From: a virus
Taxonomy: Duplodnaviria > Heunggongvirae > Uroviricota > Caudoviricetes
DNA: 64,000 nt
IMG/VR virus record: IMGVR_UViG_2506381017_000002
Strand: one strand, 5' to 3'
Shown piece after piece: positions 27,951 to 37,818 of this stretch. The translations under genes were made by a program, and so were the position numbers. Position 1 is the first letter of the stretch, and the number at the start of each line of letters is the position of its first letter. The notes under the pieces are model-generated. The model did no database searches. It had not been told where the DNA came from and was given only the letters and a program-made list of their open reading frames with translations.

Positions 27951-28800
27951 AACATAATACATGTATCGTTTTCGTTACTGTATTTTTACGTGCCAGTTGA
28001 AAACTGTTAATAAAAGTCGCAATGCACGGGCCCGTAGGCCATTGCCGTTTTGATAGGCTCGGCAACCTCTATATAAGACCGTTTTATTTTAACGGTGACG
28101 GTGCACCCCATCATTCAACCAATTAAGAGAGGGTTGATTCTCTCGACAATAACTGTCGATTAAGGAGTCAAGCTCCACGTTAATCTGATTAATCTTTAAC
28201 AAGACAGCCTCTTTCTTATCTGTCATACCTATTTCTTTTGCATTCACACGAACACCGAGGTGGGTAATTATTCTGTATTTCGAAGCCCTACGTGAGCCGT
28301 AATCAGATTTTATAAAAGAAGCATTTTACAGATGTATCTCCGTATGTTTATAGGGCTGGGCGCTGATTTAACAATATCTAGCCGATTTCAAGAGGTGATC
28401 AACCCCTCTAGCGCACTTGTTCATCGGGTATCCAACATGTCTCGTCCCGGGAAGCCCACACTTCCAGTGTAAGAGACTATATCTTCAAATACTTCCCGCC
28501 ATTAAATGACTTGCAATCTTATGTTTGTATTATTCAGGGTGTAGATTACTAGATCACCCGAACCCGCAACCTGAGAATTAAACCCAGCATTAACTTAGGC
28601 AATATCTGCATCGCAGGTAGTCGCACACGCAACCATAACAATAAGAAGCGTGGCATCAATCACATTACGAGCATTAGAAACTCCTCCAGTTGTGAGTAGG
28701 ATACCTCGTATAAATCACATTACTGCCATTTATACTCAAGCGCTTCAACCGACATACCTGTTGCCGGTTTTCCTATTATACATATCCATATAACAGAAAC

Positions 28801-28885
28801 ACCTAGAGAGGGATTTGAACCCCCGAACCCGAAGGAACGGTTTTGGAGACCGTCGCGTTTGACCAGACTTCGCTATCTAGGTATT
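28801..28885 (-). tRNA. tRNA with long variable arm and anticodon CCA (85 nt)
   Basis: ACCTAGA-TA-GCG-AAGTCTGGTCAAA-CGC-G-ACGGT-CTCCAAA-ACCGT-TCCTTCGGGTTC-GGGGG-TTCAAAT-CCCTC-TCTAGGT-G. The acceptor is a perfect 7/7, the D stem is 3 bp (class II like) and the variable arm is 12 nt. A UGG reader with class II architecture is unusual. Confidence 0.6.
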
Positions 28886-29037
28886 AATAACGTGCCATGC
28901 CAGCGTAAACACGTTATTAGATCGAATTGAAAAATGTAAAGGTAAAGGTATATGGAAAATATAACCTATTGAACATACGTTAGGTGTTTTTACATTCCAA
29001 ACGTTTTCCGTCATTTGGAACAACCTATTACTAGGAA

Positions 29038-29110
29038 TTTCGGTAATGGGAATCGAACCACATATCTACACTACATAATGTTGCTCTACCATTGAGCTAT
29101 ACCGAACCTT
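29038..29110 (-). tRNA. tRNA-like gene (T stem imperfect)
   Basis: Acceptor TTCGGTA/TACCGAA, D arm GCTC-AATGGTA-GAGC, anticodon-like ACATT-ATGTAGT..., but T stem TGTGG/CCCAT is mismatched. Confidence 0.3.
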
Positions 29111-29179
29111 GTCAAGATAAGACCACACATATCTTATCTGACTAACCAATCTTTCATATTTCGGAGGTGCTTAACCATG

Positions 29180-29260
29180 AAAGGAGTTCCCCAGCCCAAC
29201 CACTTAGCTGGGAATAACACAAAACGGAATCGAACCGCAGTGTGCCAACAAAAGTAGATA
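29180..29260 (-). other. tRNA-like fragment(s)
   Basis: CGG-TTCGATT-CCG T-loop-like motif and a D-loop-like GCTAAGTGGTTGGGC; no complete cloverleaf found. Confidence 0.2.
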
Positions 29261-29339
29261 AAAAGAAATGACAATTTATGAATCAACAATTTTTGATTAT
29301 CAAACACAGCACGTAAATGTTTAATAATTTCGGGCATTT

Positions 29340-29420
29340 CTGCCCTATGCGAAGCAGAGGAGTCGAACCTCTGTAAAGGACAAACATGGATGATTAAAAA
29401 TTAGAAAGGTGTGTTTGTAT
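29340..29420 (-). other. tRNA 3'-half-like element
   Basis: T arm AGAGG-TTCGACT-CCTCT plus acceptor 3' strand GCTTCGC-A; no matching 5' strand within 400 nt. Confidence 0.25.
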
Positions 29421-29500
29421 TATCAATTTAAAAGATATATAGGGAGTGTGTACTTCCAAAATGTACGTATTGCCTTTCCACTCTTCGCGATAGACCCACT

Positions 29501-29573
29501 TGGACTCGAACCAAGGTTGGTAGTTTAGAAGACTACTGTTCTATCCAGTTAAACTATAGGTCCATAATCAGGA
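29501..29573 (-). tRNA. tRNA-Arg (anticodon TCT)
   Basis: GGACCTA-TA-GTTT-AACTGGATA-GAAC-A-GTAGT-CTTCTAA-ACTAC-CAAC-CTTGG-TTCGAGT-CCAAG-TGGGTCT-A; all stems pair (two G-U wobbles in the acceptor); 73 nt. Confidence 0.85.
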
Positions 29574-29728
29574 TTACTCCTGAAATGTTGAAGTGATCAT
29601 TTGATCTGTGTGATTTATTAACGGGTCGCAACTGCGTTGCTCCTCATCAACGATATCTATAATAACCCAAATAAAAATATTTGTCAATTGATTTACCTAC
29701 AATTTAATATAAAATATTTTTGTTGTGT

Positions 29729-29971
29729 TCAAATAAAAGTTACTTTACCTTTTTGATCGCTATTAGAGAGGTAATATACAACAATATCTTCCATAGTCCA
29801 TTGCGCTTTAGGATCACCCTTTGTTAAAAGTTCATAACGATCTTTAGGATATTCAAACGTATCCTTTGAATGTTTTTTATAGTAGTCAAGTACGAAGTTA
29901 CGAAAACCATCTTCGCCATTCTCTTTGTTAAACATTTCTTTTTCAAACAATTTAATTAATGCTTTGTCCAT
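29729..29971 (-). CDS. hypothetical protein
   Basis: 80 aa. Confidence 0.45.
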   Translation of the reverse strand: MDKALIKLFEKEMFNKENGEDGFRNFVLDYYKKHSKDTFEYPKDRYELLTKGDPKAQWTMEDIVVYYLSNSDQKGKVTFI

Positions 29972-30227
29972 AATAACTGGCTACCTCCTTAATATTATCT
30001 GGTTTAAATCCTGACCAAGCGTCTCCTACGCCTTCTTCGTCCAGCCATTCTACTACGGGAAAACTGTGCCACCCCTGTTTACGTAAAACTTCTAACATTG
30101 GACTATCTTGAAGAACTGTTACCTCTTTATAATCTACGCCCAGCTTATTAAATAACTTCTTAGTCATCATACAAGCAGGACAATGCTCTTTTGTATAAAT
30201 CTTTACTTTAATGATGAATCCACCCAC
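29952..30227 (-). CDS. glutaredoxin-like protein (NrdH/Grx fold)
   Basis: KIYTKEHCPACMMTKKLF...VD (CPAC active-site-like) then ...FPVV. Confidence 0.6.
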   Translation of the reverse strand: MGGFIIKVKIYTKEHCPACMMTKKLFNKLGVDYKEVTVLQDSPMLEVLRKQGWHSFPVVEWLDEEGVGDAWSGFKPDNIKEVASYYGQSIN

Positions 30228-30558
30228 TTAATGTATCTTGTCATATTATCGCTCCTTAAACAAAAATGACCATCCTAACTCTTTTGTCAGAATAGCCATT
30301 TTATCTGTTATAATTAAAAAGTGCATTGGTCGAGACCCAATACACCAAAACCGTTTAAAGGGTGTGATTAAGTCGCAAGCCTTTTTGTCGAGTGTTTGGT
30401 TGGTGGTGTACGGCAATACACCAGAATAGGAACACTTGCCAGCTAACTTATCAACCCAACTATTGAAGTAATATAATTCTTTGATACGGTTATATTATAG
30501 CATGAGTTAGTGTTTTTATCTACCGTCTAGTTTTTCGGGACTAGGCGGTTTTTCTGTA

Positions 30559-31308
30559 TTATTGTACTTTATTTGGGCGCCAGTTGATCTTACCTACTAT
30601 CGCTGTTGCCGTGTAAAATAGCGTCATAGCAAGCATTGGTAACGCAGCCTGAGAATATCCATCCTTAAGTGCAGTAAACCATAATAGTACGTTCACAAAA
30701 TCAGAAATCAACCATAATGTGTATGTTGTTGAATATTGCCGGAAACATAACCAACTAGCCGTTCCACCAATAGCAAGTGCCAATGCGTCCCAAAGAGGGT
30801 TTGTATCATGAAGATAGATTCCAACATAATAAAGCACAAACCAAGCTGCTAAGATTGCAACAATTACATATAACCAGCCCATCTTAGTTAATCCTTTAAT
30901 TTCCGTACTCTTACCGCTCCATGTACGCCAATTCTTTAACAAAGGTAAATCAATCAAGAATAGAAATACCAGTTGATCTAAGACACTCCAATAATGGCCG
31001 GCACTAACATTGATAATGACATAAGCAATTACAGAAATACTTCCAAGCAATCCATTAATAGCATGACTGGATACTCGATTTCCTTCTGAATCATATCCAC
31101 CTGCGCCCATAGCAACTGTACACCACATACCAAAGAATATTCCGATAAATGATACAACCGCAATCCAATTAATTGGGTTTAATAACAGAATAGCTAATTG
31201 AAATCCTACGCCAAATCCAAATAGTGCCCAGGGGAACCGATCCCAACCTGTTAATTCTTCTTTTAACCATTGAAGATAAGTACCTTCAAAACGATATGCT
31301 TTATCCAT
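30559..31308 (-). CDS. multi-pass membrane protein, possible PnuC-like nicotinamide riboside transporter
   Basis: 249 aa with about 7-8 TM helices and W/N/G-rich helices typical of the NMN_transporter family. Its size fits PnuC (~230-250 aa). The call is tentative and motivated by the NAD genes elsewhere in the window. Confidence 0.4.
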   Translation of the reverse strand: MDKAYRFEGTYLQWLKEELTGWDRFPWALFGFGVGFQLAILLLNPINWIAVVSFIGIFFGMWCTVAMGAGGYDSEGNRVSSHAINGLLGSISVIAYVIINVSAGHYWSVLDQLVFLFLIDLPLLKNWRTWSGKSTEIKGLTKMGWLYVIVAILAAWFVLYYVGIYLHDTNPLWDALALAIGGTASWLCFRQYSTTYTLWLISDFVNVLLWFTALKDGYSQAALPMLAMTLFYTATAIVGKINWRPNKVQ

Positions 31309-31467
31309 CTTTCTACATTCCCTCTTTCTTATTAGTAGCTTTCACTCGTTTATTTTCGAGCTGCTTATCCGAGTTATTACTCTTCTTATCAGATAGAAAT
31401 AAAATACCAAAAATCAATATTCCGATGACAATAATCATCGTTAATGACTTAATAATGAAATACCCCA

Positions 31468-32278
31468 TTACTTGTTACCTGTTTGATCTACAATCACACC
31501 ATTTGCACCTTGAACAGTAACGAAACCATGCTTAAGGTGTGCTTGTGCTTCCATGTATTGAATATTCTTATCAGTGATTGAATCAGAAATCTTCTTATTT
31601 GCCTTAGCTTCCCCTTCTGCACGTGCAATCTTTGCATTTGCATCAGCTTCGGCCTCGGTCTTCTTAGTCTTCGCTTCTAACTTAGCCCGTTCGTTATCTT
31701 GACTGGCCTTAATTAAATCATCAATTGATTTTTTGAGTTTGAGCATCAACATCAGGAACGCCGAAACTTAAATCTTCAACAATGAATCCTTGGTCTTCAA
31801 CTGACTTTTGGAAGTCCTTCAAAATAGCGCCTTGGACCTTAGCAGAGCCAGAACCCATTACATCAAGCAAGCTATACTTAGATAATTCATCACGACTAGC
31901 TTTTTGAAGCTTTTGATTAAGCCAACCATTTTCAATTGACTTAATATCTGCTGATCCAAATTTCTTATATACCTTAGTGGCTTTAGTTGGATCTACATGG
32001 TAAGCGTAAGTAATGTTAACAGTAGTCTTCTTCCCATCTTTAGTAGCAGACCCAACCTTTTGTTTAACAGTTTGACTGCAAATAGGGTACTGAGTAACCT
32101 TATCTAACCCAACGAATCGTACTCCCTGGCCTAAACTTTCGTCACGAACCCCTCCCGACATCGAATAACGAATACCAACGTTACCATTATCAATCTTCTC
32201 AAAGAATCGGAAGCCTCCAATAGTGACACCCAATAATACAACAACTGCTCCAATAGACCATTTAACTGATTTTTCCAT
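31468..32278 (-). pseudogene. SPFH/band-7 (prohibitin/stomatin-like) protein gene split by a frameshift at an A6 run
   Basis: The N-terminal ORF (31721-32278) has a TM helix plus SPFH core and ends ...DVDAQTQKIN*. The C-terminal ORF (31468-31752) carries the coiled-coil AEADANAKIARAEGEAKANKK. The reading frames join if CAAAAAATCA loses one A (...QKSIDDLIKA). Confidence 0.55.
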
Positions 32279-32483
32279 TTACTTCCTCCCTATTTGGTAA
32301 TACATGAATTTTACTTACAACAATTTTCTTTGCAGGCAATCCAGTCATTTCACGCCCTGTTCTAACATTAATTGCATCAATAAACTGAACTGTCCCACTA
32401 TCACCATCTACTTCCCACTGATTAGTAGGAATAATTTGAATTCCTTTATAGTAAAAATACATAGGTTCTCTATTTAACTTCAC
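32262..32483 (-). CDS. hypothetical protein
   Basis: 73 aa. Confidence 0.4.
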   Translation of the reverse strand: MKLNREPMYFYYKGIQIIPTNQWEVDGDSGTVQFIDAINVRTGREMTGLPAKKIVVSKIHVLPNREEVNGKIS

Positions 32484-32811
32484 TTATCTTGTATCCTTTA
32501 TGTGTTTTTACTACGCCTTCAAGACAATTTTGAATCATTGCTTTATTTAATTTATTATCGGCAACAAACTTTTCGTATTCGTTAGAGTCTAACCAAAAGA
32601 TATATTCCTCATCGCCCTTTGAAAAACGAATTCTAGGAACTCTTTTTTCAACTACAGCTTTCTTTTTTATTGCTTTCTTCTTACCTAAATCCTCAACTGG
32701 AATACTTTCAAAGTCTTCTCCAGCTTGATTACGCAAATCTACATATTGATTATTATCAACTTTATAAGCACGAATAACACGCATAGATTCGCCGTTATAC
32801 TCTTTCATCAT
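32470..32811 (-). CDS. hypothetical protein
   Basis: 113 aa. Confidence 0.45.
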   Translation of the reverse strand: MMKEYNGESMRVIRAYKVDNNQYVDLRNQAGEDFESIPVEDLGKKKAIKKKAVVEKRVPRIRFSKGDEEYIFWLDSNEYEKFVADNKLNKAMIQNCLEGVVKTHKGYKISEVK

Positions 32812-35062
32812 ATTGCTTCTCCTCCCTCTTTAATAACAATTCTAGATTACTATGATGAACAGTCTCACCAGTTTTTTTAACAGTTGATTTAAGTGATTTT
32901 GTTGATGTAAGCAAGAAACAAAGCTCACTGGCTCGGGTCAAAGCCGTATATAATAATTCCCGATTATTTAGCATGTAATGGAATGGCAACACCACAATCA
33001 CACATGGAATAGTAGACCCTTGAGACTTATGAACTGTCATCGCGTACCCTAATTGGATAGTCTCAAGCTCCTTATCTCTAAGAAATACTTTACCGACCCC
33101 GTCGAAATCAATAACGGCCTCAACATGGCTAACGCCACCTTTGCTATTAAATTCAAGGTCTATACTTTCAATAATTCCTGTGTTCCCGTTGAAAATAGGG
33201 CGATACATCTGATGATTCTCTGCCGCTGTTGCTCGATAGTTATTTGACGTGTTAAGAACTTTATCGCCTTCACGTAGAATATAAGCATCAGCACTATTAG
33301 CTTTGACCTTGTACTGGTTCTTAGTAGGACTCTTAGGGTTAGCAATTGTTTGCGCTAAGTCATTAATACGAGTACAACCACTAACTGTCTGAGTGAGTAT
33401 TTGAATATCGCTAACATCATACTTATTTAACGCCTGGGCAAAAATCCTATAAGCATCTGTGTTTAGCTTCTCTTCTTCTGCCGAATCTTCAAACACATAG
33501 CCTAGATCGTTCTTATTACCTAGCATTGTCCAACTATCTTTCGGGCTAACCTCAGGCATCTTGCCCATTCGATATTGTAATGAATGAGTAATAATTGCTG
33601 AATCCTGTGCTTGACGATGAATCTTAGTCAAAGAAACAGTAGGGACAATTTTAGAAGAAATAATATCTCTCATAACCCCAACACCAATAGAATCTAATTG
33701 AGCGATATCACCGACCATAATAAATTTAGTACCATCGCCCAAAGCATTAACTAGCGCCTCAAATAAGCTATCATTAACCATTGACACCTCATCTAAGATA
33801 ACCACATCAACTGGCAATGGATTTTCTTCATGTTCAAAACCGCCAAATGGATCACCGATTCCAAGCAAACGGTGAATAGTCTGTCCTCGTTTACCTGTTA
33901 ATTGAGTAAGATTATCAGCTGCCTTCCCAGACAATGCACAGGTAGCTACCTGGTAGTCATTCTCCTGTAATACTTTAATCACGGCATTTAAGGCGGTAGA
34001 TTTACCTGTACCGGCTAATCCCTGTAACATTGATACATTTTTATCAAGCATCATATTAATTGCTTCGGTCTGTTCGTCTGAGTATTTCCAACCTTGTTCT
34101 TCTTGAATTCTGTCGATAATTTTATCGCGCTCTTTATACTCAAATTTATTTTCAGAGTGAAGTAATCTCAATAGATTCTTTGCAATAGATTTTTCGGTGT
34201 TATACAAACGCTTAGTAGCCACTCGTCTTACATCATCAGCTTCATAAATGACAAACTCATCGCTATCGTTAATCCATTGAAGTGTCTCTTCAACGTCACA
34301 ATCAAACACCTCTTGGCGAAGATATTTCATCAAATCTATTTCTTTTGTCCAGGAGCTTCCATCCATAGCCAATTTATCAAAGTAATCTTTTACAAAAGCA
34401 TGGACACGACGTGGATCATTAGATGGAATACCAAAGTTAAGCGCCTTTTCATCTATAGTCTTAAAACCTACTCCCGGAACGTCCATAAACTCATAAGGAT
34501 CTTTATTAAGCATTTCGATAGCACCTTCCACTGAATGAACGTGGCGCACTAATTTTCGTGTCATATGAGGGTTAAAGCCCCACTTACCAAAAGCAACATA
34601 GGCTTCGCTATAATCTTTTTGCTCTTCATAGGCGTTAATCAACTTGTCAGCACTGACAGGTCCAATGCCCTTGATAGCCATCAATTCTTTTACCCTATGC
34701 TCTTGAAAAATAGGTCGAGGATCATCAAATTGAGCATTAACAAGTACCCCTTTGGGGGAGATATCAGTAAGGAATTGCCGGAAGTCTTCTCGAGACATAC
34801 CTTCAATTGGATCTCGACGCTTGCTACTAATGTATTGATATTGCGGGCCATATTTTTCATCGTTAATAAATTCACCGCGAATAATATATTCGTTCTGAGG
34901 AATGAGTGACATCTCACCCTTGAACACTACATCGCCAAAAGAATTTTTAACAATATTCCCTTCTCGTACCTCTGACACCCTCATCGTAGCAATTTTGAAT
35001 AATGAATCGTTGGCGGCAAACCTTATGCGTTGAATTGAACCTACAATTTCTACTTCGGCCAT
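32795..35062 (-). CDS. RecD-like SF1 DNA helicase
   Basis: N-terminal HhH segment GIGPVSADKLI, Walker A QGLAGTGKSTAL, Walker B VVILDEVSMV, and C-terminal TVHKSQGST; 755 aa. Confidence 0.85.
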   Translation of the reverse strand: MAEVEIVGSIQRIRFAANDSLFKIATMRVSEVREGNIVKNSFGDVVFKGEMSLIPQNEYIIRGEFINDEKYGPQYQYISSKRRDPIEGMSREDFRQFLTDISPKGVLVNAQFDDPRPIFQEHRVKELMAIKGIGPVSADKLINAYEEQKDYSEAYVAFGKWGFNPHMTRKLVRHVHSVEGAIEMLNKDPYEFMDVPGVGFKTIDEKALNFGIPSNDPRRVHAFVKDYFDKLAMDGSSWTKEIDLMKYLRQEVFDCDVEETLQWINDSDEFVIYEADDVRRVATKRLYNTEKSIAKNLLRLLHSENKFEYKERDKIIDRIQEEQGWKYSDEQTEAINMMLDKNVSMLQGLAGTGKSTALNAVIKVLQENDYQVATCALSGKAADNLTQLTGKRGQTIHRLLGIGDPFGGFEHEENPLPVDVVILDEVSMVNDSLFEALVNALGDGTKFIMVGDIAQLDSIGVGVMRDIISSKIVPTVSLTKIHRQAQDSAIITHSLQYRMGKMPEVSPKDSWTMLGNKNDLGYVFEDSAEEEKLNTDAYRIFAQALNKYDVSDIQILTQTVSGCTRINDLAQTIANPKSPTKNQYKVKANSADAYILREGDKVLNTSNNYRATAAENHQMYRPIFNGNTGIIESIDLEFNSKGGVSHVEAVIDFDGVGKVFLRDKELETIQLGYAMTVHKSQGSTIPCVIVVLPFHYMLNNRELLYTALTRASELCFLLTSTKSLKSTVKKTGETVHHSNLELLLKREEKQYDERV

Positions 35063-35367
35063 TAATATTTCACCACCAAGTTCAGTAATTCGAATTCATC
35101 GGGATAATTATATGCATCTAATTTACTATTGGCTTCATAATAAATTAGGGTTTTACGACCAGCCTCAATAAGCTTCTCCACATCTTCTTGCGCTAAGTTA
35201 ATATTATCTTTTAGCTTCACATTAGAAGTTGTGTTGGTGCGGACTAATTCTTTTGATAATTCAGTCTTAGTTCTAAATGCTTCATCGGGTTTTGCTTTTA
35301 GTAAAAAACCAGTCATATTGAAGTCGTTTTTTAACGTAAAAGTAAATGGCTTCTTGGACACTTCCAT
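35062..35367 (-). CDS. hypothetical protein
   Basis: 101 aa. Confidence 0.45.
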   Translation of the reverse strand: MEVSKKPFTFTLKNDFNMTGFLLKAKPDEAFRTKTELSKELVRTNTTSNVKLKDNINLAQEDVEKLIEAGRKTLIYYEANSKLDAYNYPDEFELLNLVVKY

Positions 35368-35370
35368 AGA

Positions 35371-35898
35371 TTACGCTACCTCCTCAAGATTGAATTCAGG
35401 GTGTTGTTCCTTCCAGACATCAGTCTTATATAAATGACGACCGTTTCGCATCACTCTATGACCTTCAAGATTAACGAATGACCGTCTACTTAGTTCAGGT
35501 GCAACTCTTAAGCCATGAGAAATACTCTTAACGAATACCGGATTATCATTATTCTTATCAGTAATCACATAACCGACTTTCGCATAGTACGCAAGACGTT
35601 GTTTTCTTAGCAGGTCATACTTAACTAATAGATTGTGCATCTTACGTACCGATAATTCTAAATCATCGGCAATTTCTTTAATCGTAACCAGTCCACGACT
35701 AATGCAATTGTTAAGCATTCTTTCTAGCCGATCATGACTATATTCGTCAAATAAATTATTTTCTTTAATATAATTGCGTATCCAAATTAAATCCGGGTTA
35801 TTTTTGTCAGCTTTTCGTGACCAGCTCTCGCCAACCTTGTTATATGATTCCAAACGGTACAAATGATTGTAAAATTCGTCTGAGTATGTTTGCTTCAT
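35371..35898 (-). CDS. hypothetical protein (possible DNA-binding/regulatory)
   Basis: 175 aa, basic, helix-rich. Confidence 0.4.
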   Translation of the reverse strand: MKQTYSDEFYNHLYRLESYNKVGESWSRKADKNNPDLIWIRNYIKENNLFDEYSHDRLERMLNNCISRGLVTIKEIADDLELSVRKMHNLLVKYDLLRKQRLAYYAKVGYVITDKNNDNPVFVKSISHGLRVAPELSRRSFVNLEGHRVMRNGRHLYKTDVWKEQHPEFNLEEVA

Positions 35899-36030
35899 GC
35901 CTCCCAGCCTTTCTAAACTAAAATACTACTTTATTTTATTTTCAACTAAAATCAATATAAAATATTTTTGTTGTGATTAACAATATACATAATATCATAC
36001 AACCCAAGTCCATGACACTAGAAAAATAAA

Positions 36031-37515
36031 TTATTCTAAATCATTATTAATTTGTGTTTTTCCAACATCACGAATAAGATTAAGGCCGCGATCGACCTCC
36101 AGAACAACCTGTCGATTAGTCTGACCTTGTCGGTTTTTATCCCAGAAAACAATCATGTAATCATTATCTTCGTCTAACATTTCTGAGTGTCCCTTTGAGT
36201 TAACTACCTTAATAGCATTCTTCCCACTCACCTCTGATTGAGAGGCCATACGTACTAAAATCAATGACGATACTACGTCGGTAATATTCTTCGCCATTCC
36301 AATCATGCTTTGATCTAAATAACGCGCTCGTCGATTAGTCTTGGTCATCTGTGTAGTAACCCAAACATGGACGTTCAAATTACTAGGCTTAATCACGTTA
36401 TATAGCTTCACCATATTCTGTTGTAATTGTAGCCAAGAACTATCGTTGACCCGACTATATGTATCGTTATCCAATTTCAATGTATCAAGGATAAAATACC
36501 GTACATCATATAATCGAGCATACTTCTTAATAAGTCGAATTGTCTTTGCCATACTAAACTCATTCATATTAACAAAACGGACTAGACCTTCTGACACCTT
36601 TCTCAAATACCATTCTTTGGCCTCGTTTAAATATTCCCATTCTTCATCGGTAAAACTACCTCGCAAGAACCTATTCTTGTTAAACATGGCACCCTTATGG
36701 CGAGCGTTAATATAAGCTGTTAGTAATCCTTGAACATATCGGCTTTTTTCTTCTTCATTAGCGATAATTAAGACAGGTTCCTCGTTGTTAATTGAACTTT
36801 GAATATGCAAAAGGGTAGTGAGAAACGTCTTCCCTACCCCCGAATTAGCAGCTAACATTGTAATATTTCCTAGTGCTAACCCGTTTTGAATTGAATCCAT
36901 TAATGGACTTCCTAATGGTAGTCCTTGTGCAATACCCTCATCTGCCTCTTTAAGCATTTCATCAACATCATCAAACATTTCTTCAACTCGGTCATTTCCA
37001 AATTGAGAATCTACAAATGCCTCTGCTATAAGACCTTCTAATACTTCATTGAGGGTTTCCAGGTCCATTTCCTGGTATTTATCCCAGTTCTGCTTAATAG
37101 GAAATCCCATCTCAGTCAGTTTCATTAACGTTTTATAACGTTGCAATTCGTTGTAATAACTATCGACATTTTCTTTTTCGACAATGGCGATACCCTTTTC
37201 AATGGTTTCGTAACCACCAGCTTCTGAATATGCTTTTTGAATTTTCTCTTCTTTGGAATTTACGTAGGCACCTACGGATACTGCATCCAAAGTTTTAAGC
37301 CCACGATCCTCGACCATCTCTTTCAGCATATGATAGTAGAAACGCCACATCGAATTAGAAATATCGTTTGGATTTACAGGGTAATCAAAAAAGTAATTTG
37401 TATCACCATAAAGAGAAAAAATTAATTGACTCTCGATGATACCTCTTTGAGTTTTCAGCTCTTTATAAAAGTCAGATTTTATAATGGTATTTTCTTGTTT
37501 TACCTTTTCTGCCAA
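36031..37515 (-). CDS. DnaB-like replicative DNA helicase
   Basis: C-terminal RecA-fold with Walker A LAANSGVGKTFLTT and a DnaB-like N-terminal helical domain; 494 aa. Confidence 0.6.
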   Translation of the reverse strand: MAEKVKQENTIIKSDFYKELKTQRGIIESQLIFSLYGDTNYFFDYPVNPNDISNSMWRFYYHMLKEMVEDRGLKTLDAVSVGAYVNSKEEKIQKAYSEAGGYETIEKGIAIVEKENVDSYYNELQRYKTLMKLTEMGFPIKQNWDKYQEMDLETLNEVLEGLIAEAFVDSQFGNDRVEEMFDDVDEMLKEADEGIAQGLPLGSPLMDSIQNGLALGNITMLAANSGVGKTFLTTLLHIQSSINNEEPVLIIANEEEKSRYVQGLLTAYINARHKGAMFNKNRFLRGSFTDEEWEYLNEAKEWYLRKVSEGLVRFVNMNEFSMAKTIRLIKKYARLYDVRYFILDTLKLDNDTYSRVNDSSWLQLQQNMVKLYNVIKPSNLNVHVWVTTQMTKTNRRARYLDQSMIGMAKNITDVVSSLILVRMASQSEVSGKNAIKVVNSKGHSEMLDEDNDYMIVFWDKNRQGQTNRQVVLEVDRGLNLIRDVGKTQINNDLE

Positions 37516-37527
37516 TCGCCGAACCCC

Positions 37528-37818
37528 CTAATTATTAATAACTTTCAACCCTACCAAACTTTTCTCTTCTGAGATAAATCTATCAACTTCGCTTAATCTA
37601 AACTGTTTGAATTGAGAATCAGCAAGATAACGCTCACGTAATTCGTCAAAAAAGATTGTTACATTTTCGATTGCGCTCCCTGGCATTTCTCTTATAATCT
37701 TTAGAATCAATGGAAGCTTTAATTTTGATTTCAATAGACCTTGAAAACCAAATGAGGCCATTAATACATGTTTATGCTCTTCGATTTTTTGATCTACCCA
37801 CATGTGTTTATCTTTCAT
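37528..37818 (-). CDS. hypothetical protein
   Basis: 96 aa. Confidence 0.4.
   Translation of the reverse strand: MKDKHMWVDQKIEEHKHVLMASFGFQGLLKSKLKLPLILKIIREMPGSAIENVTIFFDELRERYLADSQFKQFRLSEVDRFISEEKSLVGLKVINN

Noticed and set aside
29134-29337. 67 aa minus ORF inside the tRNA array
   Set aside because: It overlaps tRNA-like elements; no RBS; the array is otherwise ORF-free.
30238-31520. Plus-strand ORFs 30238-30429 and 31224-31520
   Set aside because: Antisense to the glutaredoxin-like, transporter and SPFH genes.
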